From a virus (Duplodnaviria; Caudoviricetes): a stretch of DNA of 64,000 nucleotides. The stretch spans positions 1 to 64,000 of the IMG/VR virus record IMGVR_UViG_3300010355_001062; one strand, 5' to 3'. Below the pieces are notes generated by a model. It was not told where the DNA came from, did no database searches, and worked only from the letters and a program-made list of their open reading frames with translations. The translations under genes were made by a program, and so were the position numbers. Positions 57,501 through 64,000 of this stretch are shown here, piece by piece. The first letter of the stretch is position 1. The number at the start of each line of letters is the position of its first letter.

Positions 57501-58579
57501 GTATCAAATGCCTCGCCTAGTGATTTACCGCTATTCGCAGTTTCGATAAAGATATTCCGCAATGACGTACCAGCTGTAGAAGCGTCGATGGAGTTGTCTG
57601 CTAGAATACCCAAAAGACCAGCAGTAGTTTGTAGATCGACTCCAACAGCCGCAGCTGCCGGGCCTACAATGGAGATACCTGTTTCGAACTTTTTCAAGTC
57701 CAGAGCAGTTCTATTGAATACACCAGCTAATATATCTCCAACAGCTGCTGCCCTGCTCGTTTCAATAGCGAAGATATTAAGTACAGAACCCACTAAACTA
57801 GCCGTCTGAGCTAAATCCTCACCTGCAAGAGTAGCTACATCGGTAGTGGCTGAAAGTACATCATTAATTTCAGTGGCTGTGAAACCCAATTTAGCATATT
57901 CGATAGCTAATTGAGCAATTTCCTGTGTAGTAAATTCAGAATTGGCGCCGACTCGCAGAATTTCTTCACGAACTTTAGCCATATCCTCAGCCGTAGCTCC
58001 AGAAACTGCGCTAATAGTGGATAATTGGCGACTAAACTTAACAGTATTTTCAAAAGCTGTACTCATAGCCTGAGCTACAAGCTGAATAGCCGTTATAAAG
58101 CCACCAGTAGCTATACCGAAAGTAAGTAAATCAGCTAATTCTCCAAGACCTTTGCGATAATTACCTATATTTCGTTGATAAAGTCCTATACGTTTATCAA
58201 TATCAGTAAGCTCATTAGATATTCTACCTATCTTTTGTTCGAGTTCTTTACCTTTAGCTGCTTTGAGTTCAGCTTCAGTAAGATTTTTATAGTCGTCGCG
58301 TAATTGTTCGAGTTGAGCGCTTAATTGTCGATAGTAACCACCGGCTCCTAATTTATTTATCTCTAAGCGAAAGCTTTTTGCAACACCTTCTAGTGCTAGT
58401 AGGTCTTTACTCTGTTTAACGAAACCCGGATCAGTGGATTTCATCAGCTTTAGCTCTTCACGAACTTGCTTTAACGACTTACGAATGTCCTCTGTTGTGT
58501 CTAGCACAACGGTACCACCCGCCAGTTGCATTGTTAATCCTAGTACTCTAGTAGCCATGTGAGCTATGTTATAGCTCAA
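54581..58579 (-). CDS. Tape measure protein (TP901-type core; true start probably ATG at 58558)
   Basis: 1332 aa; ISAVSGAT...TEFTTQEIAQL...GIS..AGTSLRN; FAGGGYTG near the C-terminus. Confidence 0.93.
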   Translation of the reverse strand: MSYNIAHMATRVLGLTMQLAGGTVVLDTTEDIRKSLKQVREELKLMKSTDPGFVKQSKDLLALEGVAKSFRLEINKLGAGGYYRQLSAQLEQLRDDYKNLTEAELKAAKGKELEQKIGRISNELTDIDKRIGLYQRNIGNYRKGLGELADLLTFGIATGGFITAIQLVAQAMSTAFENTVKFSRQLSTISAVSGATAEDMAKVREEILRVGANSEFTTQEIAQLAIEYAKLGFTATEINDVLSATTDVATLAGEDLAQTASLVGSVLNIFAIETSRAAAVGDILAGVFNRTALDLKKFETGISIVGPAAAAVGVDLQTTAGLLGILADNSIDASTAGTSLRNIFIETANSGKSLGEAFDTILASENKLSTANAIFGKDASVVALTLAEQRGEVEKLIAELYNVEGASKAAADKMRLDLKGSVDQLQGATETLGITLGLLVEKPLSAMIRAVADLVGGFASWIQYLGPAEQLLASIGSTITKLLPFLGALTLAITIQNRQLIVAAISAIPNYIAALLKSNAALRLAAFAQTLLNIAMNANPIGIVITAIGALISGLLLAANGTSNFSKGIRGVTAVVLELAKTIGQFITNPIEFFKNIGNLGKNLGKAFKAGFESENFSQTIESVGNNYTTIAGRTEAEHTEIVRRESEKRQAIREDEIRKAATLQAEEARRQREATAAYLKANEANLKSLGLGSVTGQGESFMDKIFKVDLTKLQRGTAAATDIINKALGKPGTNITQDKFDLDRTRRKSNRTFSAFDYTDSAAQGLEKMRAELSRLEGEIQDNILAGKPYAEQLKNYFTLTDQVTKAEKEWKALLDARASSLGEVSTSIETYTKLVKRLQEELNKADSDKVGQIIPDLTKAQQQLTEAENAIKRLQRAAANADFTAVLETDLEPDNNVVEQQRQLAIRSANERIKVEKELQIELKAINLTADIQLLENRKRLFQEGSDEYLKIENDLAAKRADLGALDPNAIRRESEARINANKRIIGIKTRDEELYNAQRIVIELALEAFLIQEKLKNFKGSLEEEQELTIQHLDTIAQLQEAHENERKARRSSNGFSEETIAELEEVNMWLDVAKESATAISDYIGSVFERQRLESDAYYDRQIEKARGNKEEITRLEEEKAKKNEELRKKEFEQRKKYEIAAAAIAYAQGIINILIAPSSLVQPFDAIYRAIRIGALSLEYKTQVNNIRNKGFAGGGYTGKGEGKADSSGHRPVGVVHEDEYVMPKRVLMTPEGSALARAAERLRLGDRAPYRAYATGGFVLPAGGTPSSYSDRGTTSVALFTTDQIELMANIIADRLQTAAHDGIVDGIEDAVTAQERLARLKLITG

Positions 58580-58608
58580 AGATAGGAATTAATCCCGAAC
58601 ATTCCAAA
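58577..58608 (-). promoter_or_regulatory. Bacteroidota-type sigma70 promoter in front of the tape measure gene
   Basis: TTTG-N20-TATCTTTG. Confidence 0.78.
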
Positions 58609-58662
58609 TTTAGGGAGATAATATAAATATAAGGGGATAATATGGAAAGGGAAAAATAATCG

Positions 58663-58694
58663 ATTAGGCTCGATATTAGAGGGATTAGGCTCGA
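58663..58694. repeat. Tandem ATTAGGCTCGA sites, 21 bp apart
   Basis: Starts at 58663 and 58684; same motif as the arms at 29.2 and 36.9 kb. Confidence 0.7.
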
Positions 58695-58748
58695 TTTTAA
58701 TGATCGATTCCCAATCCCTCATAAATTAAATGGGTCAAGGATAACCCA

Positions 58749-59030
58749 TTAGCGGCATGGCCAGATAGATAATAAAGCAGTCGCTCCAGATACTCGAATA
58801 TCACTTAAATAAGTTAGCTCGCCGAATCGAGCTACGCTCAAGTAATAACTACCTTCATCGCTAGCTGCATGTAGCCGTTCTTTTTCGAGTGCTGTCAATT
58901 GCAATGTAGCTTGCTGCACATTGCCTGATATATGCAAATATTCCACAGTATAGCACTGTCTTTGTGCTGACTGTGTAGGCTCAGAGCAAGCTACTAAGAA
59001 TAGCAGTAAAATAAGAAGCACAGGTTTCAT
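58749..59030 (-). CDS. Putative lipoprotein
   Basis: MKPVLLILLLFLVA-C lipobox. Confidence 0.7.
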   Translation of the reverse strand: MKPVLLILLLFLVACSEPTQSAQRQCYTVEYLHISGNVQQATLQLTALEKERLHAASDEGSYYLSVARFGELTYLSDIRVSGATALLSIWPCR

Positions 59031-59497
59031 ACGTTTATTTTGAGGATGATAAAATCAGTATGTCCGATGATAGTACATTTGTGCCCGGCCATTAGTACTC
59101 CTAGCAGTAATTTTCTAGCCGATGGTGGTATCATACCTCTAACATCCAGCATGGGAAACATAACACCAGTGCTCGCTTGTATTTGGTAAACTCCCTCACC
59201 TAGACGATATACATACCAAGTGGAAATCGGCTTGCCAATAACAAACATCTGACCTATCCTATGTGGCCAATAAGTCACCAAGTCTAGTATGTATTCTTCG
59301 TGAGCTTTCGAGGCCAGATTTAGGCTTTTCACATGTTGCTTAGCTGATTCACTACCATGTGCATGATATGTGGCGAATACATCAAATATAAACTTGTCAC
59401 TAAGGTCGCGAGCTACTTGTGTACTACAAGCCAATAATTTGTCGATGTCTTGCATTAGTGAGTGCATTTTGAGCGACATGTTGTACAACATGTACAT
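59027..59497 (-). CDS. Hypothetical protein
   Basis: 156-aa ORF. Confidence 0.6.
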   Translation of the reverse strand: MYMLYNMSLKMHSLMQDIDKLLACSTQVARDLSDKFIFDVFATYHAHGSESAKQHVKSLNLASKAHEEYILDLVTYWPHRIGQMFVIGKPISTWYVYRLGEGVYQIQASTGVMFPMLDVRGMIPPSARKLLLGVLMAGHKCTIIGHTDFIILKINV

Positions 59498-59649
59498 GAA
59501 TAAATTACCATAGCATTCTTAGGTGTTTTCGCACAAGCTCTAACGCCTCCTGGGCACGAACATTTCTCTTCGGTAGCTGTAGTAGTTTGTTTTGTTGCCA
59601 CCTTAGTTTTCACTACGGTTTCCGCTTTGGTTTTCTTCGTTCCGAACAT
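59455..59649 (-). CDS. Small Cys-rich protein (CxCCxxCRxxC)
   Basis: CSCPGG...CTCCTTCRSKC. Confidence 0.6.
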   Translation of the reverse strand: MFGTKKTKAETVVKTKVATKQTTTATEEKCSCPGGVRACAKTPKNAMVIYSCTCCTTCRSKCTH

Positions 59650-59651
59650 GA

Positions 59652-59903
59652 TTAAAGTTTTAAGCGTGAGTTAACTCGTTTTCCACATATTTCTCTACAT
59701 GATTCGCAACAGTCGCATAAGTCCATCACGAAATCATCAGTTACTCGTATACATGGTTGCAATTCACCTGGGCATTTGCAATCGCTAAAATCCGGTATAG
59801 GCTCAGCTGTAGCAGCAGTTCGTTTATTGCGTAACTCCCTTAGCGCAGCTTCGAGATCAGCTATTCTAGTTTTTAGCTTTTCGGTGTCTATCTCAATTTT
59901 CAT
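59652..59903 (-). CDS. Small Cys-rich protein (CxCCxxCRxxC) with an N-terminal coiled coil
   Basis: CKCPGE...CDCCESCREIC. Confidence 0.65.
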   Translation of the reverse strand: MKIEIDTEKLKTRIADLEAALRELRNKRTAATAEPIPDFSDCKCPGELQPCIRVTDDFVMDLCDCCESCREICGKRVNSRLKL

Positions 59904-60102
59904 CGTAAGGGTTTATAATGACTATTTGCCGATCCTTTATAGCCTGGTTCTCTTCCATTTCACGTTCTGTCAGATGCCCTAGCTCAAGTTCTACTGGACA
60001 CACATAGCCGAGGTCATCATAGGCAGCTACTTGCGTGTAGCCATCGGCTTGTAGTTGCTGTAGCATTTCGATCAATTTGTCGATGTCGTGTGTTACTCTC
60101 AT
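59893..60102 (-). CDS. Hypothetical protein, paralogous to the C-terminus of 61322-61753
   Basis: IDKLIEMLQQLQADGYTQVAAY. Confidence 0.65.
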   Translation of the reverse strand: MRVTHDIDKLIEMLQQLQADGYTQVAAYDDLGYVCPVELELGHLTEREMEENQAIKDRQIVIINPYDEN

Positions 60103-60344
60103 TGTTTAGGTTTTACGCACAATAACTTTACATCCTCGGTCTCGCCGTAATATCCTTCAACTCTGGACATGCCAGAGTTAGTGTAACCTTGTTCGATCAG
60201 CCATGTAAGCAATTTAGCATATGTAGCCAAATCAGCATCCGAGCCATCGAATAGGTTTATGAGTGATACCTCGGTGTAAGCTTTAGACTTTGTCGACCAT
60301 GTCTCAGCCCTAAGCCCGCATTCAAGTTCTACGAAATCAGCCAT
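60099..60344 (-). CDS. Hypothetical protein
   Basis: 81-aa ORF. Confidence 0.6.
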   Translation of the reverse strand: MADFVELECGLRAETWSTKSKAYTEVSLINLFDGSDADLATYAKLLTWLIEQGYTNSGMSRVEGYYGETEDVKLLCVKPKQ

Positions 60345-60627
60345 GTTTGTGATGGTTTATGCAATCCTGCTCGTTATCAAATACTAATTCTCTGCCTTTC
60401 AAGTCCAGTTCTATTTTCATCAAGCCAGCCATCGCTACGAATTCGTTTTCATGGCCTTTAAGTAACATGTGCCCTGCACATTGTTTCCTATCGCCCTTTG
60501 TTTTATGGCACGGAAATGTAGTGGCATCGAGTATCTCGGTCATTCGGTTCTCGCCTAACCAGCCTTTCAGTGTGTCTTTTCTGAAAGGGCAGTCAACGCA
60601 AGGAGTGTGCATGTATGGTAGTTTCAT
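60337..60627 (-). CDS. DUF6283-like Zn-binding protein
   Basis: PCVDCPFRKD...FPCHK...CAG. Confidence 0.6.
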   Translation of the reverse strand: MKLPYMHTPCVDCPFRKDTLKGWLGENRMTEILDATTFPCHKTKGDRKQCAGHMLLKGHENEFVAMAGLMKIELDLKGRELVFDNEQDCINHHKHG

Positions 60628-60941
60628 CGTTTAATTTTATCGAGTGACCAAGTTGTACCGATTTCACTCAATATACGCTGACGTAAGCTCTCTGTGATAC
60701 CATGACCATCGAAGTAATGGAAATCGCTAACTACGAAGGCGAATGATTTCACGAATACTTCGTTATGTACTACCAACGTACCTATGTCGGATGTGGTAGT
60801 GATATACATTGAGCCCTCGTAGCGGGCCGGCCATTCATCCAAAGTTACTTGTATAATGTGTACTGTGATGATGCCCACCTTAATAGTATAGAGTGGTATA
60901 CGTCGTTCGATCATAGCATTTTTATTAAAAGGTAAATCCAT
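60624..60941 (-). CDS. Hypothetical protein
   Basis: 105-aa ORF. Confidence 0.55.
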   Translation of the reverse strand: MDLPFNKNAMIERRIPLYTIKVGIITVHIIQVTLDEWPARYEGSMYITTTSDIGTLVVHNEVFVKSFAFVVSDFHYFDGHGITESLRQRILSEIGTTWSLDKIKR

Positions 60942-60975
60942 TGCTTACGACCTTTGGTGGTTTTTACTCGGTATT

Positions 60976-61329
60976 TCATTGTAATAAATTTAGCACTTTG
61001 TTAACGAATGGTGTTTCAACTGGTTGCCCGAGCATGGTCAATTTAGCAGGTCCTTCGCTCACTGTTAATGTGAAATAATGTACTCCATTAGTATAACTCC
61101 ATTCATGGTTGTGGTGCTTCACCCATTTGCGTAATAATAGGCTCATGAGCCTGCGATAGCGATCGGTATAGACTTCGGGCAAAGTCAGCTCAAACCATAT
61201 CATACGACTGGGCTTCGAGGCTTCGCCTACTAATGGGTGCTCAAAAGAATAGATGAAGCGGAAGCGTTCTGATGGAATATGATTAACTGCTTTTTCCATA
61301 AAAGCATCGAAAGCTGAAATATTACTCAT
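60976..61329 (-). CDS. Hypothetical protein
   Basis: 117-aa ORF. Confidence 0.6.
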   Translation of the reverse strand: MSNISAFDAFMEKAVNHIPSERFRFIYSFEHPLVGEASKPSRMIWFELTLPEVYTDRYRRLMSLLLRKWVKHHNHEWSYTNGVHYFTLTVSEGPAKLTMLGQPVETPFVNKVLNLLQ

Positions 61330-61753
61330 TGTCCCAAATGATTATTGTGTCAGGTAATGTTTTGTCAGGGTTGTCGTGCTGGTGCTCTGCGTCGACTTCC
61401 ATTTCCATCAGTTTCACGTTGATTAGCTCATAGTCGCATGAAGGATACGGTTTGTAGGCATAGACATCGGTGTAGCCTGCTTTTTGCAAGTCCTGTAGCT
61501 GAGCAATCAGGTTATCGATACCTGTACTTTTAGGTAGTTGAACTTCTCCAAGATGTGCGCGTAGCGCTTCGATGTCTTTTTGCAGTTTTCGTACCAAAGA
61601 GCCAATTGCTTCTTCATGGCTATTGAGATTGAAGATGTCTAGCTCGTAGTTAACACGGAATTTGAAAATTTTGAGCATTTCGCCCTGATTCGGAATTTCC
61701 GTATAAGCTCCAGCTAAGCCGTCGTTGAAGTCAAGGTTTTGTGGTTTGAACAT
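61322..61753 (-). CDS. Hypothetical protein
   Basis: 143-aa ORF. Confidence 0.65.
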   Translation of the reverse strand: MFKPQNLDFNDGLAGAYTEIPNQGEMLKIFKFRVNYELDIFNLNSHEEAIGSLVRKLQKDIEALRAHLGEVQLPKSTGIDNLIAQLQDLQKAGYTDVYAYKPYPSCDYELINVKLMEMEVDAEHQHDNPDKTLPDTIIIWDNE

Positions 61754-61755
61754 GG

Positions 61756-61971
61756 TCAGTGATTTAATAAGTAATTCAATCCTGCGGTAGTTAATAAGGA
61801 ACCAGTCCCGTCAACGAATCCTAAAACTTTTAGCAGCTTAAGTCGTCTAGGCCCTGGCCCGTATAATAAAGTCACTTGTTGTTTTAATGACTTTATAACC
61901 AGTTCTTCCAATGGCATTGGTGTAGCGCAGGCTTTATAGGCTTCCTCAATCTCAGGTGTAATGTGTAGCAT
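61756..61971 (-). CDS. Hypothetical protein
   Basis: 71-aa ORF. Confidence 0.55.
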   Translation of the reverse strand: MLHITPEIEEAYKACATPMPLEELVIKSLKQQVTLLYGPGPRRLKLLKVLGFVDGTGSLLTTAGLNYLLNH

Positions 61972-62084
61972 GATAGTAAATTTATTGATGAAGCCACTCC
62001 GCTATAGAAGCCCGTGTATGCAAATAAGATGGCCGCTATAGGAGGGCTAAAAATTGTGCGTGTGCATGAATCACCAGCAGGGAC

Positions 62085-62118
62085 AAAAAAGGGCGAGAGT
62101 CCCTAAGCACTCCCGTCC
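62085..62118 (-). terminator. Intrinsic terminator, preceded by a second 13-bp hairpin at 62129-62163
   Basis: GGACGGGAGT-GCTTAGGG-ACTCTCGCCC followed by T6. Confidence 0.75.
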
Positions 62119-62170
62119 AATTAATCAAGACTTTTGGGTCGAAGAAAGTCCAACCCAAAAGTCCTATTTA

Positions 62171-62704
62171 TTAGTTCTGGTGTACATGGCCACCTGGGCT
62201 CATTGCCTTAGCATCTTCTTGAGCCTTGAAGAACTCCGTCCGGGCCTGGTTGAATTGTTCGACCTGCTCTTCGGTAGCCTGAGCCAGGAACAAATTCAGG
62301 TTCTTCCAGTAGGGCTTCTTGTTGAAAGCCTCATACCGAATCCAGAACCCATTGGTCTGGATTTTGAAGCCCAGGACTTTCCCGACTCCCATCGTGTTCA
62401 CGTTATTCGGGTTGAGCTCGAAGGAAATCATGTCGCCCCTTTTCATCGAGCCGAATTTGTTCTCATACGTGATCACCTCATCGTTGGCTGGATTCGTCCA
62501 TTGTAGGGGGAAATTTACAGTCGAAAGGTCATGGAAGAGCTCAGACTTGAATGGTGGGTGGTTGTAGGAGCGTCTGATTGGAGCCTTGGGAGTAGCCTCG
62601 GTCATTTCTTTGACGATGGCGTCTACCATTGGGTTTTCTTGAGCGATCTCAAGGTTGGTTGAAGTTTCAACGATTGCTTCTGCGTTTTTGATTGACTTTT
62701 TCAT
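62171..62704 (-). CDS. Hypothetical early protein, probably strongly expressed
   Basis: 177 aa, distinct codon usage, tandem promoters upstream and terminator downstream. Confidence 0.75.
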   Translation of the reverse strand: MKKSIKNAEAIVETSTNLEIAQENPMVDAIVKEMTEATPKAPIRRSYNHPPFKSELFHDLSTVNFPLQWTNPANDEVITYENKFGSMKRGDMISFELNPNNVNTMGVGKVLGFKIQTNGFWIRYEAFNKKPYWKNLNLFLAQATEEQVEQFNQARTEFFKAQEDAKAMSPGGHVHQN

Positions 62705-62735
62705 CTTGATTGTTTTTGATGATGATTTGATAAAT

Positions 62736-62767
62736 CAAAGATAAGGAGGATTTTTGAAGATTCCAAA
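62736..62767 (-). promoter_or_regulatory. Bacteroidota-type sigma70 promoter
   Basis: TTTG-N20-TATCTTTG. Confidence 0.8.
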
Positions 62768-62844
62768 TTTTATCGGAAATTTTTTTTATTTTTTTTCCGG
62801 TTGATTTGGAGGGGATCGTTTTCCCTTTCCTTCCTTCGATGATT

Positions 62845-62876
62845 CAAAGATAGAAATAATGATTTAGATTTCCTAA
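62845..62876 (-). promoter_or_regulatory. Second tandem promoter
   Basis: TTAG-N20-TATCTTTG. Confidence 0.6.
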
Positions 62877-63033
62877 TAAAATCGGATAAATTTTTTATCT
62901 TTTTTCAATTTATTTTCTAATCGATTGGTTTTCAATGAAATAAAATAAAAATTAATTTTTCCGAACATCCTTAGAAAAGATCAATCCTTTTCCCCTATCT
63001 TTATCCTATTATATAGAAGGGATAAATAGTCTC

Positions 63034-63146
63034 GTGGTCGATCTTATTTCCCCTGTGGTCGAGACTTATTTTCCCTTTCCAAGATCGGGAAAAACATAAA
63101 ACAATTTGTTTAAATAGTTAGATGTTTAAACATAAAACAATTTGTT
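63034..63146. repeat. Two pairs of short direct repeats in the non-coding region
   Basis: GTGGTCGA..CTTATTT.CCC at 63034 and 63055; AAACATAAAACAATTTGTT at 63092 and 63128. Confidence 0.75.
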
Positions 63147-63371
63147 GAATTTGGTACTTTCAAACATTTCTGAAAGTTCAGTCATCTCAAACTTTTCAGA
63201 ACATAGCTTTTCAACAAGTCCAGCCCTACTCACCAGCCTATCTCACTCAGTTCATCCGTAGTTATAGTAGAAGTATAGTAGTAGCCAGCCTTTCTGCCAC
63301 CTTCAATGGACAAAACCCTATAGCCTTATCGACCATAGGGTTTCGCTACAGGTTTCGCTGGTAGTTCTTTG

Positions 63372-63716
63372 CTACAGGCTTAAGCTCATTCGAAGGTCAT
63401 CAGTGAGTGAAGCTAGTAGCTCTCCGAACAATACCGTATCTGCCCATTCAGCATAAAGCTCTGGGTCTTCGTTAGCGCAGTACATTCTGGACATGAATTC
63501 CAATGTCCCGTGCCCCTTGAGCTCTAGCTCATCGTCCTGGCAAGCTTCTAAGCCCTGGATTATGAGACTACTGAGCTTGAGCACAGTGGAATTCATACCT
63601 AATGTTACTCCTTTGAGCGCGAAACCCTTACCACCTAGCTTATTGAATTCAGCTAGTAGTATGTCATCAGTAAGTTGGTCGACTTCTAGCTCGATCGTTA
63701 TGATTTTAGTTGCCAT
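63372..63716 (-). CDS. Hypothetical protein
   Basis: 114-aa acidic ORF. Confidence 0.65.
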   Translation of the reverse strand: MATKIITIELEVDQLTDDILLAEFNKLGGKGFALKGVTLGMNSTVLKLSSLIIQGLEACQDDELELKGHGTLEFMSRMYCANEDPELYAEWADTVLFGELLASLTDDLRMSLSL

Positions 63717-63728
63717 GATGTTTTGTTG

Positions 63729-63890
63729 TTAGTCTGGTTCTTTAGCCAGTTCTTTGATTTCTTTTGAAATTTCAGCGTCATCCTCACACTCCTGTCTACA
63801 AGTAGGACAACATTTGCAGGTCCTGCCGTTGAGAGGGCAGGTCTTAGCCTTGCCCTCTTCATTCTCTTCACAGTTTACACATAAAGCCAT
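63729..63890 (-). CDS. 53-aa Cys-rich protein (CxCCxxCRxxC; not in the ORF track)
   Basis: MALCVNCEENEEGKAKTCPLNGRTCKCCPTCRQECEDDAEISKEIKELAKEPD. Confidence 0.7.
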   Translation of the reverse strand: MALCVNCEENEEGKAKTCPLNGRTCKCCPTCRQECEDDAEISKEIKELAKEPD

Positions 63891-64000
63891 TAGCCTAATC
63901 GTTTAGTCGTGATCTGGTATAGGGTATTACCCAAGTCCTTGACGCTAGTTACTGTGTACTCATATATACCCCAATCCAATGTATCCCCTACTTTGGGCTC
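63890..64000 (-). CDS. Partial hypothetical protein (3' end only)
   Basis: ...EPKVGDTLDWGIYEYTVTSVKDLGNTLYQITTKRLG*, TAATG-coupled to the next gene. Confidence 0.55.
   Translation of the reverse strand, partial: EPKVGDTLDWGIYEYTVTSVKDLGNTLYQITTKRLG

Noticed and set aside
29223-58579. N-terminal extensions given by the ORF track (e.g. 30800, 35941, 45086, 58579; also 21588, 5171, 1829)
   Set aside because: They overlap upstream genes or promoter boxes; downstream ATGs fit better.
63034-63146. Mini CRISPR array
   Set aside because: Only two copies of each repeat, with spacers absent or too short, and no cas genes.
1845-63732. Numerous plus-strand ORFs in the track (e.g. 9296-9733, 30418-30807, 48670-49050, 62054-62506) and nested minus-strand ORFs (6999-7193, 16636-16821, 19523-19843, 34408-34746, 38556-38783, 46419-46610)
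   Set aside because: They are shadows of well-supported genes in other frames, with no motifs or promoters.
1-64000. Genome-wide TAG-to-Gln recoding (genetic code 15, as in some crAss-like phages)
   Set aside because: Very long ORFs (1332, 935 and 878 aa) contain no in-frame TAG and coding density is already high under code 11. Only one internal TAG was found, and no suppressor tRNA is in the window.
1-64000. Integrated prophage with host flanks
   Set aside because: No integrase, repressor, att-like junction or host housekeeping genes; the whole window is phage-like.

Overview
The whole window is a segment of a tailed dsDNA bacteriophage with a long tape measure (siphovirus-like). Almost all genes are on the minus strand, and no integrase or repressor is visible. 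A Bacteroidota host is supported by repeated TTTG-N19/20-TAnnTTTG promoters and by signal peptides with Gln at +1. From left to right it contains: (1) a tRNA(CAT) and a dispersed late module (neck protein, tail-assembly chaperone with a T9 -1 frameshift, terminase, MazG, GH73 lysin); (2) a large replication/recombination block (Dda-like, UvsW-like, UvrD and DnaB helicases, SbcCD, flap exonuclease, SSB, family A polymerase with a UDG-like N-terminus, primase, Holliday junction resolvase); (3) a candidate cytosine-hypermodification cluster at 18.0-21.6 kb; (4) a five-hairpin putative origin; (5) a structural module running tape measure > tail > protease/scaffold > capsid > tail tube > portal, followed by four signal-peptide-bearing fibre-like proteins, a subtilase and membrane proteins; (6) small early-type genes and a 670-bp non-coding regulatory region. 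The best candidates for undescribed biology are the modification cluster and the exported fibre cassette. The modification cluster encodes a dCMP-type thymidylate synthase homolog lacking the folate-activating Glu/Asp, an FkbM methyltransferase, a GT-like protein and a kinase-NTP pyrophosphatase fusion. All protein calls come from motif recognition by eye; no database searches were run.
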